The translations under genes and the position numbers were made by a program. DNA of 63,650 nt, counting the filler, from Octopus bimaculoides (Eukaryota): NCBI RefSeq assembly GCF_001194135.2. It is 6 parts of 6 records of this genome, joined end to end, with 100 filler letters (N's around TTAATTAATTAA, not from the genome) between each part and the next. Parts side by side here need not be neighbours in the genome. Positions count along the whole stretch, not along the records: positions 26,740 to 55,327 come from NC_068984.1; 5 more parts are not named here. The stretch is one strand, 5' to 3'. Of the stretch, positions 38,570 through 50,506 are shown in pieces (within the stretch, counting starts at the first letter, position 1; every line of letters starts with the position of its first letter). The notes beneath the pieces were generated by a model. The model did not search any database. It was not told the DNA's origin and saw only the letters and a program-made list of their open reading frames with translations.

Positions 38570-38914
38570 GTAACATTTATATGTCTCTCGTATCTCTCTC
38601 TTGTATCTTTCTCTCGTATCTCTCTCTCTTTATAAATATTATATTATATTGTTATATTATGTAGATATACACACATATATATATGTATAGTCTATATATT
38701 ATATGCATGTGTATGTATATTTGTGTGTTTGCATTATATGCGATCTGTCTATCTTGCTTTCCCTCCCCCCTCTCTCTTTATATATATATATACGTGTATA
38801 TATATGTGTGTGTGGGGGGGTGTATGTATATATATGTATATATATGTATGTATATATATATATGTATGTATATATATACATATATATATGTATATATATA
38901 TATATGTATGTATG

Positions 38915-38968
<54 letters not shown>

Positions 38969-39600
38969 TGATGTGTGTACGGAGAGAGAGAGGGAAAGTT
39001 AAGAAGAATAAGAAATCATAAACAATTTTTACAATAGATGTTTTTTAACAAAAATGTCACCTATCATTTTAATAATGTTTGGCATTAAAATATGAAAATC
39101 ATACAATTATAATATTTTCAAAGAGGAATATGTAGAGTTACATGTATGTGCATGCATCAGCAATAATATACGGTTATTTGCACACACACATTGCATTTTA
39201 TATACATTGTATGTGACTGAAAATTCATGTTTCCATGTATATTTCATTGGCTGATTGTGCATAATGTGTTTATGTGTGTGTATATGTATGTCTTTTTCCT
39301 ACATGTGTGCATGTGTGTGTGTATGTGTGTGTGCACAGTATGTGTATGTGTTTGCATCTGTGTATGTATATATATATATATAAGTGTCTGTTTTATGTCT
39401 ATGGATGCATATATATGTTTGTGTGTGTGTGTGAGTGTGCGTCTATGTATGTTTATATAGTATGTGTTTTTGTGCATGTATATGTGTATCCATGTATGTC
39501 AATATATGTGTTTATTTTTATGCACATTCATTTACTGTATGAATGTACATAGATGCATGCATGTGCATATATATATATATATAAATGTATGTGCATTTCA
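38570..39600. repeat. About 1-kb compound AT/GT/CT microsatellite field
   Basis: Direct reading; source of several spurious ORFs. Confidence 0.9.
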
Positions 39601-40156
39601 TATCTCTTTGAAGTATCTTTGACATTAAACATCACATGTTACAAAGAATCTCACTCAAAACAAATACAAACACAGAAAAAACAAACAAGCAAAAAAAAAG
39701 AAGTAAACCTGCTTGTGTTTGGATAATTAAATGTCTTCATAAGGCTGCCTCTTTGTTTTTGGATCTCAACTTCCTTCAAATCTAGACAAATTGGAGAAAA
39801 ACAAGTCATTGATTGGAGTTGCTTGTAATTTTAATTAATATTAGAGTGCCTTATCCCTTAAAAGTGATAACTGTTTCAATTAGATTATTTATATGAATTT
39901 AATATAACATTTGTAAAAAACAAAATGAATTTTGAATTTTTCTTCATTTTCCTCCATGTTTTGAATAACTGTTTGTAACCATCATTCTAAAAATAAAAAT
40001 GGGAGAAAATGAACTAAACAAGGAGCCTCTGCATTGTCATTCATCTTGCAAGAAAAAGAAGCTAAATTTCAATAAATAAAAAGTAAGGATATACTGGACA
40101 ATATAGGTCAAGTTGTATTGTATCTGAAAAAAAACAAAACAAAACAAGCGACAAGA

Positions 40157-41576
40157 TTATCATCATCATCATTGTTTAACGTCTGCTTTCCATGCTGGCA
40201 TGGGTTGGACGGTTTGACTGAGGATTGATGAGCCAGGTGGCTACACCAGGCTCCAATCTGATCTGGCAGAGTTTCTACAGCTGGATGCCCTTCCTAATGC
40301 CAACCACTCCGAGAGTGTAGTGGGTGACGGCCACGCTCAAATGGTGTTTTTTATGTGTCACCTGTACAGGAGCCAGTCCAGCGACACTGGCAATGACCTT
40401 GCTCAAATGTTGTTTTTCACGTGCCACTGGCACAAATGCCAGTAAGGCGATGCTGGTAATGATCACGCTCAAATGGTGCTTTTTATGTGCCACTGGCATG
40501 GGAGCCAGTCACTGGCCCTGGCAACGATCACGCTCGGATGGTGCTTTTAACGTTCCACTGGCACGGGTGCCAGTCAGGCGGTGCTGTCATTGACCACGTC
40601 AATGAATTTGATTTTGATTGTGATTTCACTTGCCTCAATGGGTCTTCACAAGCAATGCATAAGTAGGCTGGTTACACCGCTGGCATAGGCCACGGGTTAT
40701 GGTCTCACTTGGCTTGCCAGTTCTTGTCAAGCACAGCATATTTCCAAAGGTCTTGGTCACTAGTCATTGCCTTGGTGAGGCCCAATGTTCAAAGGTCGTG
40801 CTTCACCACCTCGTCCCAGGTCTTCCTGGGTCTACCTCTTCCACAGATTCCCTCAACTGCTAGAGTGTGACACTTTTTCACTCAGCTGTCTTCATCCATT
40901 CACACCACATGTCCATAACAGTGCAGTCATCTCTCTTGTACACTACATCTGATGCTTCTTAGGTCCAACTTTTTTCTTAAGGCTCTTACACTCTGTTGTG
41001 TATGCACACTGACATTACACATCCAGCGGAGCATACTGGCTTCATTCCTTGCAAGCTTACACATGTCCTCAGCAATCATGACCCATGTTTCACTGCCATG
41101 TAGCATGGCTGTTTGTACACATGCATCATACAGTCTACCTTTTACTCTGAGCGAGAGGCCTTTTGTCACCAGCAGAAGTAGGAGTTCTCTGAACTTTGCT
41201 CAGGCTATTTTTATTCTAGCAGCTACACTTTCAGAACATCCACCCCCTGCTACTGACTTGGTCACCTAGGTAATGGAAACTGTCAACTACTTCTAGTTTT
41301 TATCCCTGGAATGTGACAGAAGTTGTTCTCTGCACATTTCCAGTGTTTATTGCTTCTGAGCATCTGCCACATACAAAAACTATCCTCCCAGTTAGCTTTT
41401 CTTTGATATTGCTGCACCTCTTATGTGTCCATGGCTTACACTGGGTACATCTTATAGAGTTTCTACCTACTCCTTTTCTACAGATCGAGCCGGGCCATCT
41501 ATCTGAAGGGATTTGTGGTTTGTCTGCCTTCCTACTTATTAAAACTTTGGTTTTAGCTAGGTTGACTCTAAGGTTG
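40157..41576 (-). mobile_element. 5'-truncated RTE LINE: RT C-terminus with PHD-finger insert, 3' UTR with ~60-bp repeats, (GAT)n tail
   Basis: LRVNLAKTKVL-[WP(G)SIC-x10-CTQC-x4-HKRC-x14-CGRC]-VDSFHYLGD..KGRLYDACVQTAMLHGSETW; UTR repeats at 40325-40590. Confidence 0.92.
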
Positions 41577-41594
41577 ACACACATACATGCATAC

Positions 41595-41757
41595 ATGACA
41601 GGTTTCTTTCAGTTTCTGTCTACCAATTCCACTCACAGGCTTTGGTTGTCCCAAGGCTATAGCAGAAGACACTTGCCCATGGTGCTGTGTTGTAGGACTG
41701 AACCCAAGTTCACATGGCTGGAAAGCAAGCTTCTTAACCACACAGCTATGACTGCAT
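41595..41757 (-). mobile_element. SINE family A head half
   Basis: TTCTTTCAGTTTCTGTCTACC..AGAAGACACTTGCCC..GGACTGAACCCAAG..AACCACACAGC. Confidence 0.85.
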
Positions 41758-43049
41758 AAATTAAAAAGCAAAACCTGTAAGAACACTGGTTATTATTTAT
41801 GGTGTCATTGCCTACCTATTACAATTTATATACGCCACTCATATATCACCTATATACATTACTCCTTATTACCTATATTTGTTGGAGTGTGGGGGCAGAT
41901 GGAATTTCCTGTAACCAACAAGCTCTGACTAGCACCTTCTGTACTTGTTAATAAACATACTATATATGGTAATTTCTTATCATAATCCTCATCTAGGTCA
42001 AAGTGGTAGTTAATACTAGCCAAAATACCCAGCATTAGTTGGACTGAAGTCAGAGAGGATTGACTTTAATGGTGCAATGTAAATTACTAAAATTATAACG
42101 AAGTTTCTTGACAAACAATAAGCAGAGTACCAGACTAATAACCCACATAACTTTTTTCCATTTGTTTAGAAAATTTCTTTGGATTTTCATTTTAAACAGC
42201 AGATTATGATTTTACAAAACAAATTAAAAGAAAATTATTTGCCAACTGAATGATTTGTATCTCATTTCTTCATTTAGCTGTAAACGAATTGTAACACTAA
42301 TCTTTAGTGCTAAATTCTAAACCCTCTGCTCTAAACTCTAACTTTACTGTAAAATATTAATCCATAATCCCTGACCCTAAATCTTAACCTTATTGTTTTT
42401 TGAGAATCACAATCTCCTGTTTTTAACACAGAATTCTGAAAAACATTTCCAAGAAAGGAAAGAATGAAAAAAATTGAAATTTTGAAAAAGATTTTATTTG
42501 CAAAATATCATAATATCCCATGCTAAAAACCTAGAAATCAAAAAGATTTTTTCAAACGCACACATGCGTACATGAATACATGAATTTGTGCACAAAACAC
42601 ACACATATTTGGGCTATGTAATTCTACTATTTCCTTACCTCCACCTGCTAACTGCTTATCATATTTAGCCTTCTAATTAAACTATAGCTATGTCTCTATG
42701 TGTGTTTGTGTGGGTGTTGCCAGGTGATGGACAGAAGATTTAACATGAGAGTGTGTGTAAGTGTATGCCTTGCATTTATTGTCCATCAACTATGTAACCT
42801 TTATCATCTTTATCATCTTCCTACTACTTTTTGTCAACTTCAGTGTTGCTACAATGACTTCATTGTCTTTCTTTTTCCCTTCAACTGCATCCAACTCCCA
42901 CCAGTCTTCACACCATTCCTCCTACATCTGAAATATATCCTACAACCCCATTAAGGTTTTATAAGTTCTATCGAAACCAAAGTACATGAAGAGCAGAACT
43001 TGATTAATTGCATTGCACTTAAGCATGATGATCTGGTAAGAGCTATATA

Positions 43050-44371
43050 CAGGGTGGGGCAGAAGGACGGATGTTTTTTTAAATGGCTATTACTCAGCCC
43101 CAAGGATATGTCCGACAGGTACCATTCAGTCCGAGGTGTCTTAGCATTTTCCTCTTTTCAGGTAAAGCTATGGGGCTGTAGATGATAGAGCATCACATGT
43201 TTGCCTATGACAGTTATGTGAAGAATAACGAGTCTGTAACAGCAGTTCAGCATGAGTTTTGGCACCACTTCAACATTCACTGAAATCAGGCTGTTCTTAC
43301 CTGTAACACAATCTTACATTAGGTGAATGCACTTCATACATGAGGTACACTAATGAATAGGTGGGGGCGCCACAAATGGTATGGACCCTGGAAAATGTGG
43401 AACGCATCAGACAAGCTTTGATACAGAGTCTGAATCACTCTGCTTGATGGCATTCCACTGAACTTGGTATCAGTAATCAATCAGTAAGGCATATTTTTCA
43501 TGAAGACCTGCATTTTCACCTGTATAAATTGGTCATTGGGCATCAGTTGAAACCATGGGACTATGTGCAGTACCTTAACTTCGCACATCAGATAGAAACA
43601 ATTTTTTAGGCAAAATGACAACCTCATTTTGTTAATGAGTGATAAAGCTCATTTTCATCTTAGTGGCATGGTGAATCAGCAGAACTGTCATTATTGTTCT
43701 CTTGAAAATCCAAGAGAACTGCATAAAAGACCACTGCACAATCCAAAAGTGATGGTCTGGTGTGCTGTTGGAAAAGCTGCCATCATTGGTCCTTACATTA
43801 TGGAAGATAATAATAGAAATGCTGTTATTGTGAACTTCCAGCATTACATTGAGATAATAAACAACTTCTTTGTGCCTAAATTACAATGAAAACATGTCAA
43901 TTCGATGTGTGTAGTTTCAGCAGGATGGGGCGACAACCCACACAGCCAGAGCATCAATGGATGTTCTTCGCCCTCTCTTCGGTGACTGCCTCATTTCCAG
44001 GTTTGCTGACATTCCTTAGACACCTCAGTTCACTGATTTGTCCATGTGTGATTATATCTTGTGGGAAAACCTCAAGGCACATGTGTATGTGCATAAGCCC
44101 CATACATTGGACAATTTGAAGGAAGCTATTCGCAAGGAAGTTGCCCAAATTGATAGAGCAATGCTAGAGAGAGTAGAGGCCAACTTCTAAGAATGCCTTA
44201 TGAAATGCATCAATGAAAACGGATACCACATGATGGATGTTGTTTTCCACACTTGATTTTGACAAATGCTAATTCAATACGAACACATTAATGTCAATAA
44301 AATTTGTTTGCAGCTAAAATTAATGATTTTGTGAATTTTTCAAAAACATCTGTTCTCTCTGCTCCACCCAG
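43050..44371 (+). mobile_element. Full-length (1322 bp) defective Tc1/mariner element, DD41D (rosa-like)
   Basis: TA-flanked ~33-bp imperfect TIRs (CAGGGTGGGGCAGAAGGACGGATGTTTTT / ..AAAAACATCTGTTCTCTCTGCTCCACCCAG); MSDKAHFHLSG, FQQDGAT..DLSMCDY with 41 codons between the last two Asp; internal stops. Confidence 0.92.
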
Positions 44372-46429
44372 TACAATATATATATATGGGGGTGGGTGGG
44401 TGTGCATATATGTATGAATGTATGTGTATGTTTGTGTGTGTGTGTGTGTGTGTGCGTGTGTGTGTGCATGTGTGTGTATGAGTGTATATGTATAGCCCTT
44501 TGTATCAAATGCTGGATAGGAGGAACACTAAACATAGAGTGCCACTTTGAGCCTTAGTAGTAGATGTAATATATTCTTACTCAAACATATCATGGAGACA
44601 AATTGTTATTTGCAGTCTTGCTAGATTGCCAATATATCATTCCTACATCCATTTTTATCTTTTTAGTCAAACCCTTCCACCTACAGAGTTGATTGCCAGA
44701 AACTTTTGATAAAAGTTATATTGTGTAGTAAGATCTCATTAGTCCTTACATGGACAACTGTATAGTTTTAGTGTCATAATGAAATGCATTTAATAAAAGA
44801 GGCTTGTAAAAGAAGGGCATCCATCTGTAAAAATCATGCCAGAAAAGCCGGTATGAAAAGCAGAATGGAGACATAAAAGAGGTTCTTTATTCCTGTCAAA
44901 AGTAACCTTACTAGTGCTGGTGGCATGATGAAATCCTCCCACTCCACACTCTAAAATTGTTATATCAGGAAGTGCATCCACTTGCCAAAAGCATTGCCAA
45001 TTAAAAAAAAAGAAAATAAATAAAATAAAGGAATGAATAGAATGTAGGATACAAGGAACTATACAGTCTTCTTTGGATCAAATTTTCTAATGCTGGTGAG
45101 ACAATAAAATGGTCTGAGTTCATGCTATAAAGTGATTGCTGTGCATGGAAACACAGCAAAAGAAAAATATGAATAAATAAATAATCACATGCAACATTAG
45201 GGTTGGTTGATTTCTTTCATTTTTTTGTTGCTGATGTGTATGCTAGACTGCTGTATACGAAGGACCACAGTAGTTGGTAAAACAACAGGAGACCCAACCT
45301 ATGTCAGCATGGAAAAACTCAAATGATGATGATGATGACAACAGTGGTGGTGATGATAATAATGACAACTGTTATATGGGTAAATAGTATCAAATTTAGT
45401 TATTTCATATTGATGTAATCATGTAATAATAGTTTCTACTTTTGACACAAAGCAGTAAGTTTTGGCAAGAAGGATGTAGTGGATTAAATTGATTCCGGTA
45501 CTTTGTGGCTCCTTATTTTCTTGATCCCAAGGGGATGAAAAGTTATGTCAGTCGTAAAGTTAGAACTTGGGACATAATGCAACATGGCTAAATACTGAGA
45601 AATTTTGTCTGGTTTTCTGTAATTTCTACCACTACATGATTTCTTACATTGACATAAGTATACATTTTGGTGAGGGGCGCAATATTTCACTGCTATTTAT
45701 TTATCAAACCTAGATGAATGAAAGGAAGAGTAAACCCTAACAAGATATGGGCATAAGAGTTAAAGATGCTGAAGATATAAACAAACATAAGTAAACATTG
45801 CAAGGCAGTTAATACAGCACTCCATCAGTTCTATCATTCCATGGATTAATGCAAAGAATATGGCAAAAAAAAAAAAATAATGTTTTCAAAATAAAATGGA
45901 TTTTGTATCACGTCTGCTTCATAAGATTTTCAAAGAATTTTGGTTTATCCTCTAAAATGGAAAGTGTTCTTGAATATTTCTTTTTAAAGAGAAAATAAAT
46001 AAATACTGGTGCATAATTTAAAGTTAGAGAACAAAATCAGTTTTAGGAGGTTAACTATTATTATGAGTTCCAAATTAATGGCTTTGCAAAATCCATCAGG
46101 GATTTATGAGAGGACATGAAGTGGGTGCTGTTAATATGAGTAAAATAGAAACTGGTATCAGATAATGAAGCTCTGCTATCAAGATGTGACTCAGCCCATT
46201 TGTCTCTCCCCACAACTCCTCTTCTCTGCTATGATCTCAGCAAGCTCATTCTCAACAACAATCCAAGAGAATGCAGACATAAGAGCCATCATCTAGTTTT
46301 ACATTGCTTACAAAGCAATTTAGAATAATTTCCACTCAGGAAGCTATCTTGTGCCTTAGTTTGATTTTGTCACATAAATATATGAAATGTATAAATAAAT
46401 AATAAACATACATACATATAATGTAATAA

Positions 46430-46453
46430 TGTGTGTATATGTGTGTGTGTGTG

Positions 46454-46547
<94 letters not shown>

Positions 46548-46600
46548 TACATGCATGTGTGTGTATATATACATACATACATGCATGCATGCATACATAT
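46430..46600. repeat. (GT)-(AT)-(AC) compound microsatellite
   Basis: Direct reading. Confidence 0.9.
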
Positions 46601-47539
46601 GTCATGACAATGTTGTGGTTTTAACTCTTTTATTCAGAAATCTTAAAGCCTTCTCACTCTTATCAAATGGAAATTGTTATTGCTGTTTGTTTTTATTGTA
46701 GACGATATATTGCTAGACTTAAAATTTTCTGATTGTTGATGTCAACTTTTTCAGCAATGAAGAAATAGTTTGGACATGGTGTCTGGTGGTTGTCTGTTAC
46801 TAGGATACGCTATCAGTGGTTCAGAGTTTTGTGTTTTAACTTGCTATTAATAAACTTTCCATGACTATTAATCTAGGGTTTTATATTTTTAGGGAAGAAT
46901 TTCTGTGTAAACTTATTGTTTTATGAATTAATGTTTTCTCTCTAGTTTTGTGATGCAATAGATTCTTGTAGACAGTCAATTGGTAATGTATGGCAATTGC
47001 ATGTTAGATTCTTGAAGTCTATGAATTCATCACTTTATGAATCATATTAATTATTTAACATTTATTCAGTGGCTTGCAGTCATTGTTTAACTTTATAATC
47101 CCAACTGGACACAAGCATAGCTTAGTGGTTAAGTGGTTTATGACACTATCATGAGGGTCTAGGTTCAATTCCACTGCACCGTCTCTTGAGCAAGTGCCTT
47201 TTACTATAGTCATAGATTAACCAAAGCCATATGAGTGAAATTAAGTTGATGGAAATAGTGTATGTTCATAAGATGGATTGAACCTGTGATTCAAAGGGCT
47301 AGCCTTGTTCCACAGCATCAGACTGATTCAGCCTGAGGATTATGTTAAGGCTACAAATGTCTGGAATATTCAGCCACTTACATGCTATTTCAATGAATAT
47401 GTAATTCACTTACTTTTACCTTTTCACTTGTCCAGTCATTAGACTGCAGCCATGTGGGTTTAGCTGAACAAATTAAAGCGTTCGGTTGAACAAATTAACC
47501 CCAGTACTTACTTTTAAGTCTGGTATTTATTCTATTATC

Positions 47540-48200
47540 TTTTATCTTTTACTCGTTTCAGTCATTAGACTGCGGCCATGCTGAGGCACCACCTTGAATT
47601 TTTTAGTTGAATGAATTGACTCCAGTACTTCTTTTCTTTTTTATTAAAGCCTGATACTTATTCCATTGATCCCTTTTGCCGAACTACTATGTTACAGGGA
47701 TGTAAACACACCAGCACTAGTTCTCAAGTGGTGATGGTGGTGGGGGACACACACATGCATGTGCGTGCATGCGCACACACACACACACACAATGGGTTTC
47801 TTTCAGTTTCTGATTTCTTTATTGCCCACAAGGGGCTAAGCATAGAGGGGACAAACAAGGACAGACAAAAGGATTAAGTCGATTACATCAACCCCAGTGC
47901 GTAACTGGTACTTAATTTATCGACCCCGAAAGGATGAAAAACAAAGTCGACCTCGGTGGAATTTGAACTCAGAACGTAACGGCAGACGAAATACCGATAA
48001 GCATTTCGCCCGGCGTGCTAACGTTTCTGCCAGCTCGCCGCCTTTCTTTCAGTTTCCGTCTACCAAATCAGCTCGCAAGGCATTGGTCAGCCCAAGGCTA
48101 TAGTAGAAGACACTTGCCCAAGGTGCCATGCAGTGGGACTAGACCTGAAACTATGTGGTTGAGAGGCAAGCTTCCTGCCACAAGCCATGCCTGCACCTAT
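47540..48200 (-). mobile_element. SINE family A interrupted by SINE family B
   Basis: SINE A tail 47540-47790 and head 48044-48200 flank the insert. Confidence 0.85.
47811..48043 (-). mobile_element. SINE family B, young full-length copy with 13-bp TSD
   Basis: TTCTTTCAGTTTC at 47798-47810 and 48044-48056; CpG-rich body beginning AGGCGGCGAGCTGGCAGAAACG on the minus strand. Confidence 0.92.
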
Positions 48201-48846
48201 TAGTCTCTTTTGCTGAACCACTGAGTTACAGGGACATAAACAAACCACACCAGTTGTCTAGCAATGGTGGGGCACAATCACAAACTCACACACATATAAT
48301 TAAGAGAGTTTCCTGTATTTGTAAATATGTGATTGAGTCATTGTGTTGGTTAAACCGTTGATGTATACACCCGAGTGTGTGTGTGCATCCATTCACATAA
48401 GAAGCAAACATGGAGAATTTTTGGAATGTTTCACAAATCTTCACTGTGCCACTAGTAGATTGGATTTAGAGAATCTGCATCAGTTTCTAGGTTTTTGTGC
48501 AAATTTATTGGTATATAACCTACTGCACCTATGATGATAGGTACAAATGAGAATTCATAGTCAGAGTATGAGAGCTGTAAGTTCTGCATTAATTCATTAT
48601 AAATATGGATGGATGGATGTTATGTCAGGTCATTCTCTTAGTACTGCTGGTAACATTTAACCCATTACAACCTGTCACATGGTTGGGACTTTAGCGATTA
48701 AACTGGCAACCCAACCAAACCTGCTTAATAAGGATGGATGAATTCAGTTGAGTAAATGACCATCCAACAACTGGGAGTAAGTGACCTTCCCCTAATCTTT
48801 GTTTAGATATCTCTCAAGAAGAAGAAAATTCCAGAATAACACTCAC

Positions 48847-48961
48847 CTTGTGACACCAGAGATCTTGCTCTTGCTTGTTTCTGGACTACTTGACTTTGAG
48901 GTGAGAGTCTTAGTAGTGTTCTGCAAGCTGTCATTGACTTTAAATTTCTGCATGAGCACTG
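48847..48961 (-). CDS. Probable exon of the BEN-domain gene: (S)VLMQKFKVNDSLQNTTKTLTSKSSSPETSKSKISGVT(R)
   Basis: Donor AAG|GTGAGT; acceptor TTGTTAG| is weak. Phase 1 matches the end of exon 56571-56766 and gives KAII-S-VLMQKFKV, a plausible continuation of the BEN C-terminal helices. Confidence 0.5.
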
Positions 48962-49077
48962 CTAACAATCATTGTCTTTAATATCCAGAGTAAGATAAGG
49001 TGGTGAACTTGGAGAATCATTAGTATGCTGGGCGAAATGCTTAGCAGCATTTTGTCTACCTGCACATTCTGAGTTCA

Positions 49078-49546
49078 AAGTTCCGAGGATTTCCTGGAAA
49101 GTTCTGAGGGTGGTATACTTCCTGGAAATTTCCGAGGATGGGACTTCCCGGAAAGCTCCGATGATTTCCTGGAAAGTCCCGAAACTGAGCCACTTCCTGG
49201 AAAGTCCCGATGATTTCCTGGAAAATTCCGAGGATGAGCTACTTCCTGGGAGGTTCCGAGGTTTCCTAGAAAGTTCCGAGGATGGGACTTCCTGGAAAGT
49301 TCCGAGGATGAGCTAATTCCTGGGAAGTTCCGAGGCTTTCTTGAAAGTTCAGAGGGTTCCTGGGAAGTCCCGGGGATTAGCTACTTTGCTTCCTGGAAAG
49401 TTCCCAGGATGGGACTTCCTGGAAAGTTCCCAGGATGGGACTTCCTGGAAAGTTCTGAGGTTTCCTGGAAAGTTCCGAGAATGAGCTACTTCTTGAAAAG
49501 TTCCTAGGGGTGGACTTCCTGGAAAGTTCCAAGGATTTCCTGGAAG
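49078..49546. repeat. Compound minisatellite, ~19 units of TTCCTGGAAAGTTCCGAGG plus variable spacer (about 20-32 bp periods)
   Basis: Counted by eye; spacers are mainly T/AT, ATGGGAC or ATGAGCTAC. Confidence 0.92.
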
Positions 49547-49983
49547 ACCCTGTGTCTGGCAACAGGACTCTGCACCTTGCCACACAAGCATGAGAACCCA
49601 GTCATGGCTGTCAGACAGTTTGTGTGACTACATCACCCCTAACATCTGGCCACCTAACTCCCCAGACACGCAACCCCCTTGATTATTACATGTGGGGCAC
49701 AGTTGAGCAACAAAACTCCTTATAACACCAAAGATGAATTGAAGGCAAGGATTATGGCAGCATTCACCAACTTAAACAAGGAGACCACCCAGAAGAGTTA
49801 CAGGAGATTCTGAAGTCGTCTGGAGGGTGTGGTTGAAGCCAATGGCGATTTTATTGAATAAATTTACTCTTTAGTATTTCAAGATATTCTAATGTAATTT
49901 TGGTAAATATATCTGTTAAGATGAGATGTCAGTGTTATTTTCATTTTTGAGTAATTTAGACGACACTTTATTCACTGCACCCA

Positions 49984-49985
<2 letters not shown>
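49540..49985 (+). mobile_element. Tc1/mariner DD37D (maT-like) 3' half
   Basis: RPCVWQQDSAPCHTS..WPPNSPD.NPLDYYMWG (37 codons between Asp residues after correcting a +1 frameshift); ..RLEGVVEANGDFIE*; ends ..CACCCAGTG|TA. Confidence 0.85.
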
Positions 49986-50040
<55 letters not shown>

Positions 50041-50416
50041 TACATATATATGTATGTATGTATATGTGTGTGTATACATATGTATATGTGTGTGTGTATA
50101 TATATATATGTATGTATTACACATACACATACACACACACACACACAGATGACTAGGAGTTTAGGTATGCAGTCTGAGTGCTCCAAATGACAAGCCACTA
50201 GGATCCCTGTTCAAACAGGGTCTCAAGTTGTGATAGTACAAATGTCCAGTTGGGAGAGAACTGACAACCAGTAGCTTACTTTTGAGTCCATAGGTATAAG
50301 TTGAATAAAAGGAAAACATTTAACCAAGGCAGGACTATGGCATTTAAAATTTATTTAGTTTAGTTTTATTTAAGAGAGTTGATGCTAATGCAATGTTGGT
50401 AGAATTAATAGATATA

Positions 50417-50506
50417 GTCTCTTACAGCTGTTTCTGGGATATCCCAGGTACTGGATCATTGTATTGATCTAAGTCTCCATATACTGGGTATTCTATCATT
50501 GGAGAA
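50417..50506 (-). ncRNA. Hammerhead-like motif with CCAAUGA core variant and long stem II
   Basis: Minus strand TTCT-CCAATGA-..TGGGATATCCCA-GAA-ACAGCTGT-A-AGAG; same stem III as 22090-22139. Confidence 0.45.

Noticed and set aside
39709-39781. Candidate minus-strand exon LKEVEIQKQRGSLMKTFNYPNTS
   Set aside because: Good acceptor but weak GTTTAC donor, and its phase-1 start is incompatible with the phase-2 end of exon 48847.
42295-42395. Degenerate (TAACCC)-like repeats
   Set aside because: Too degenerate to call interstitial telomeric sequence or a specific element.
49078-49546. CRISPR-like appearance of the palindromic repeat array
   Set aside because: Spacers are short (1-13 nt) and recurrent rather than unique; eukaryotic context; no cas genes.
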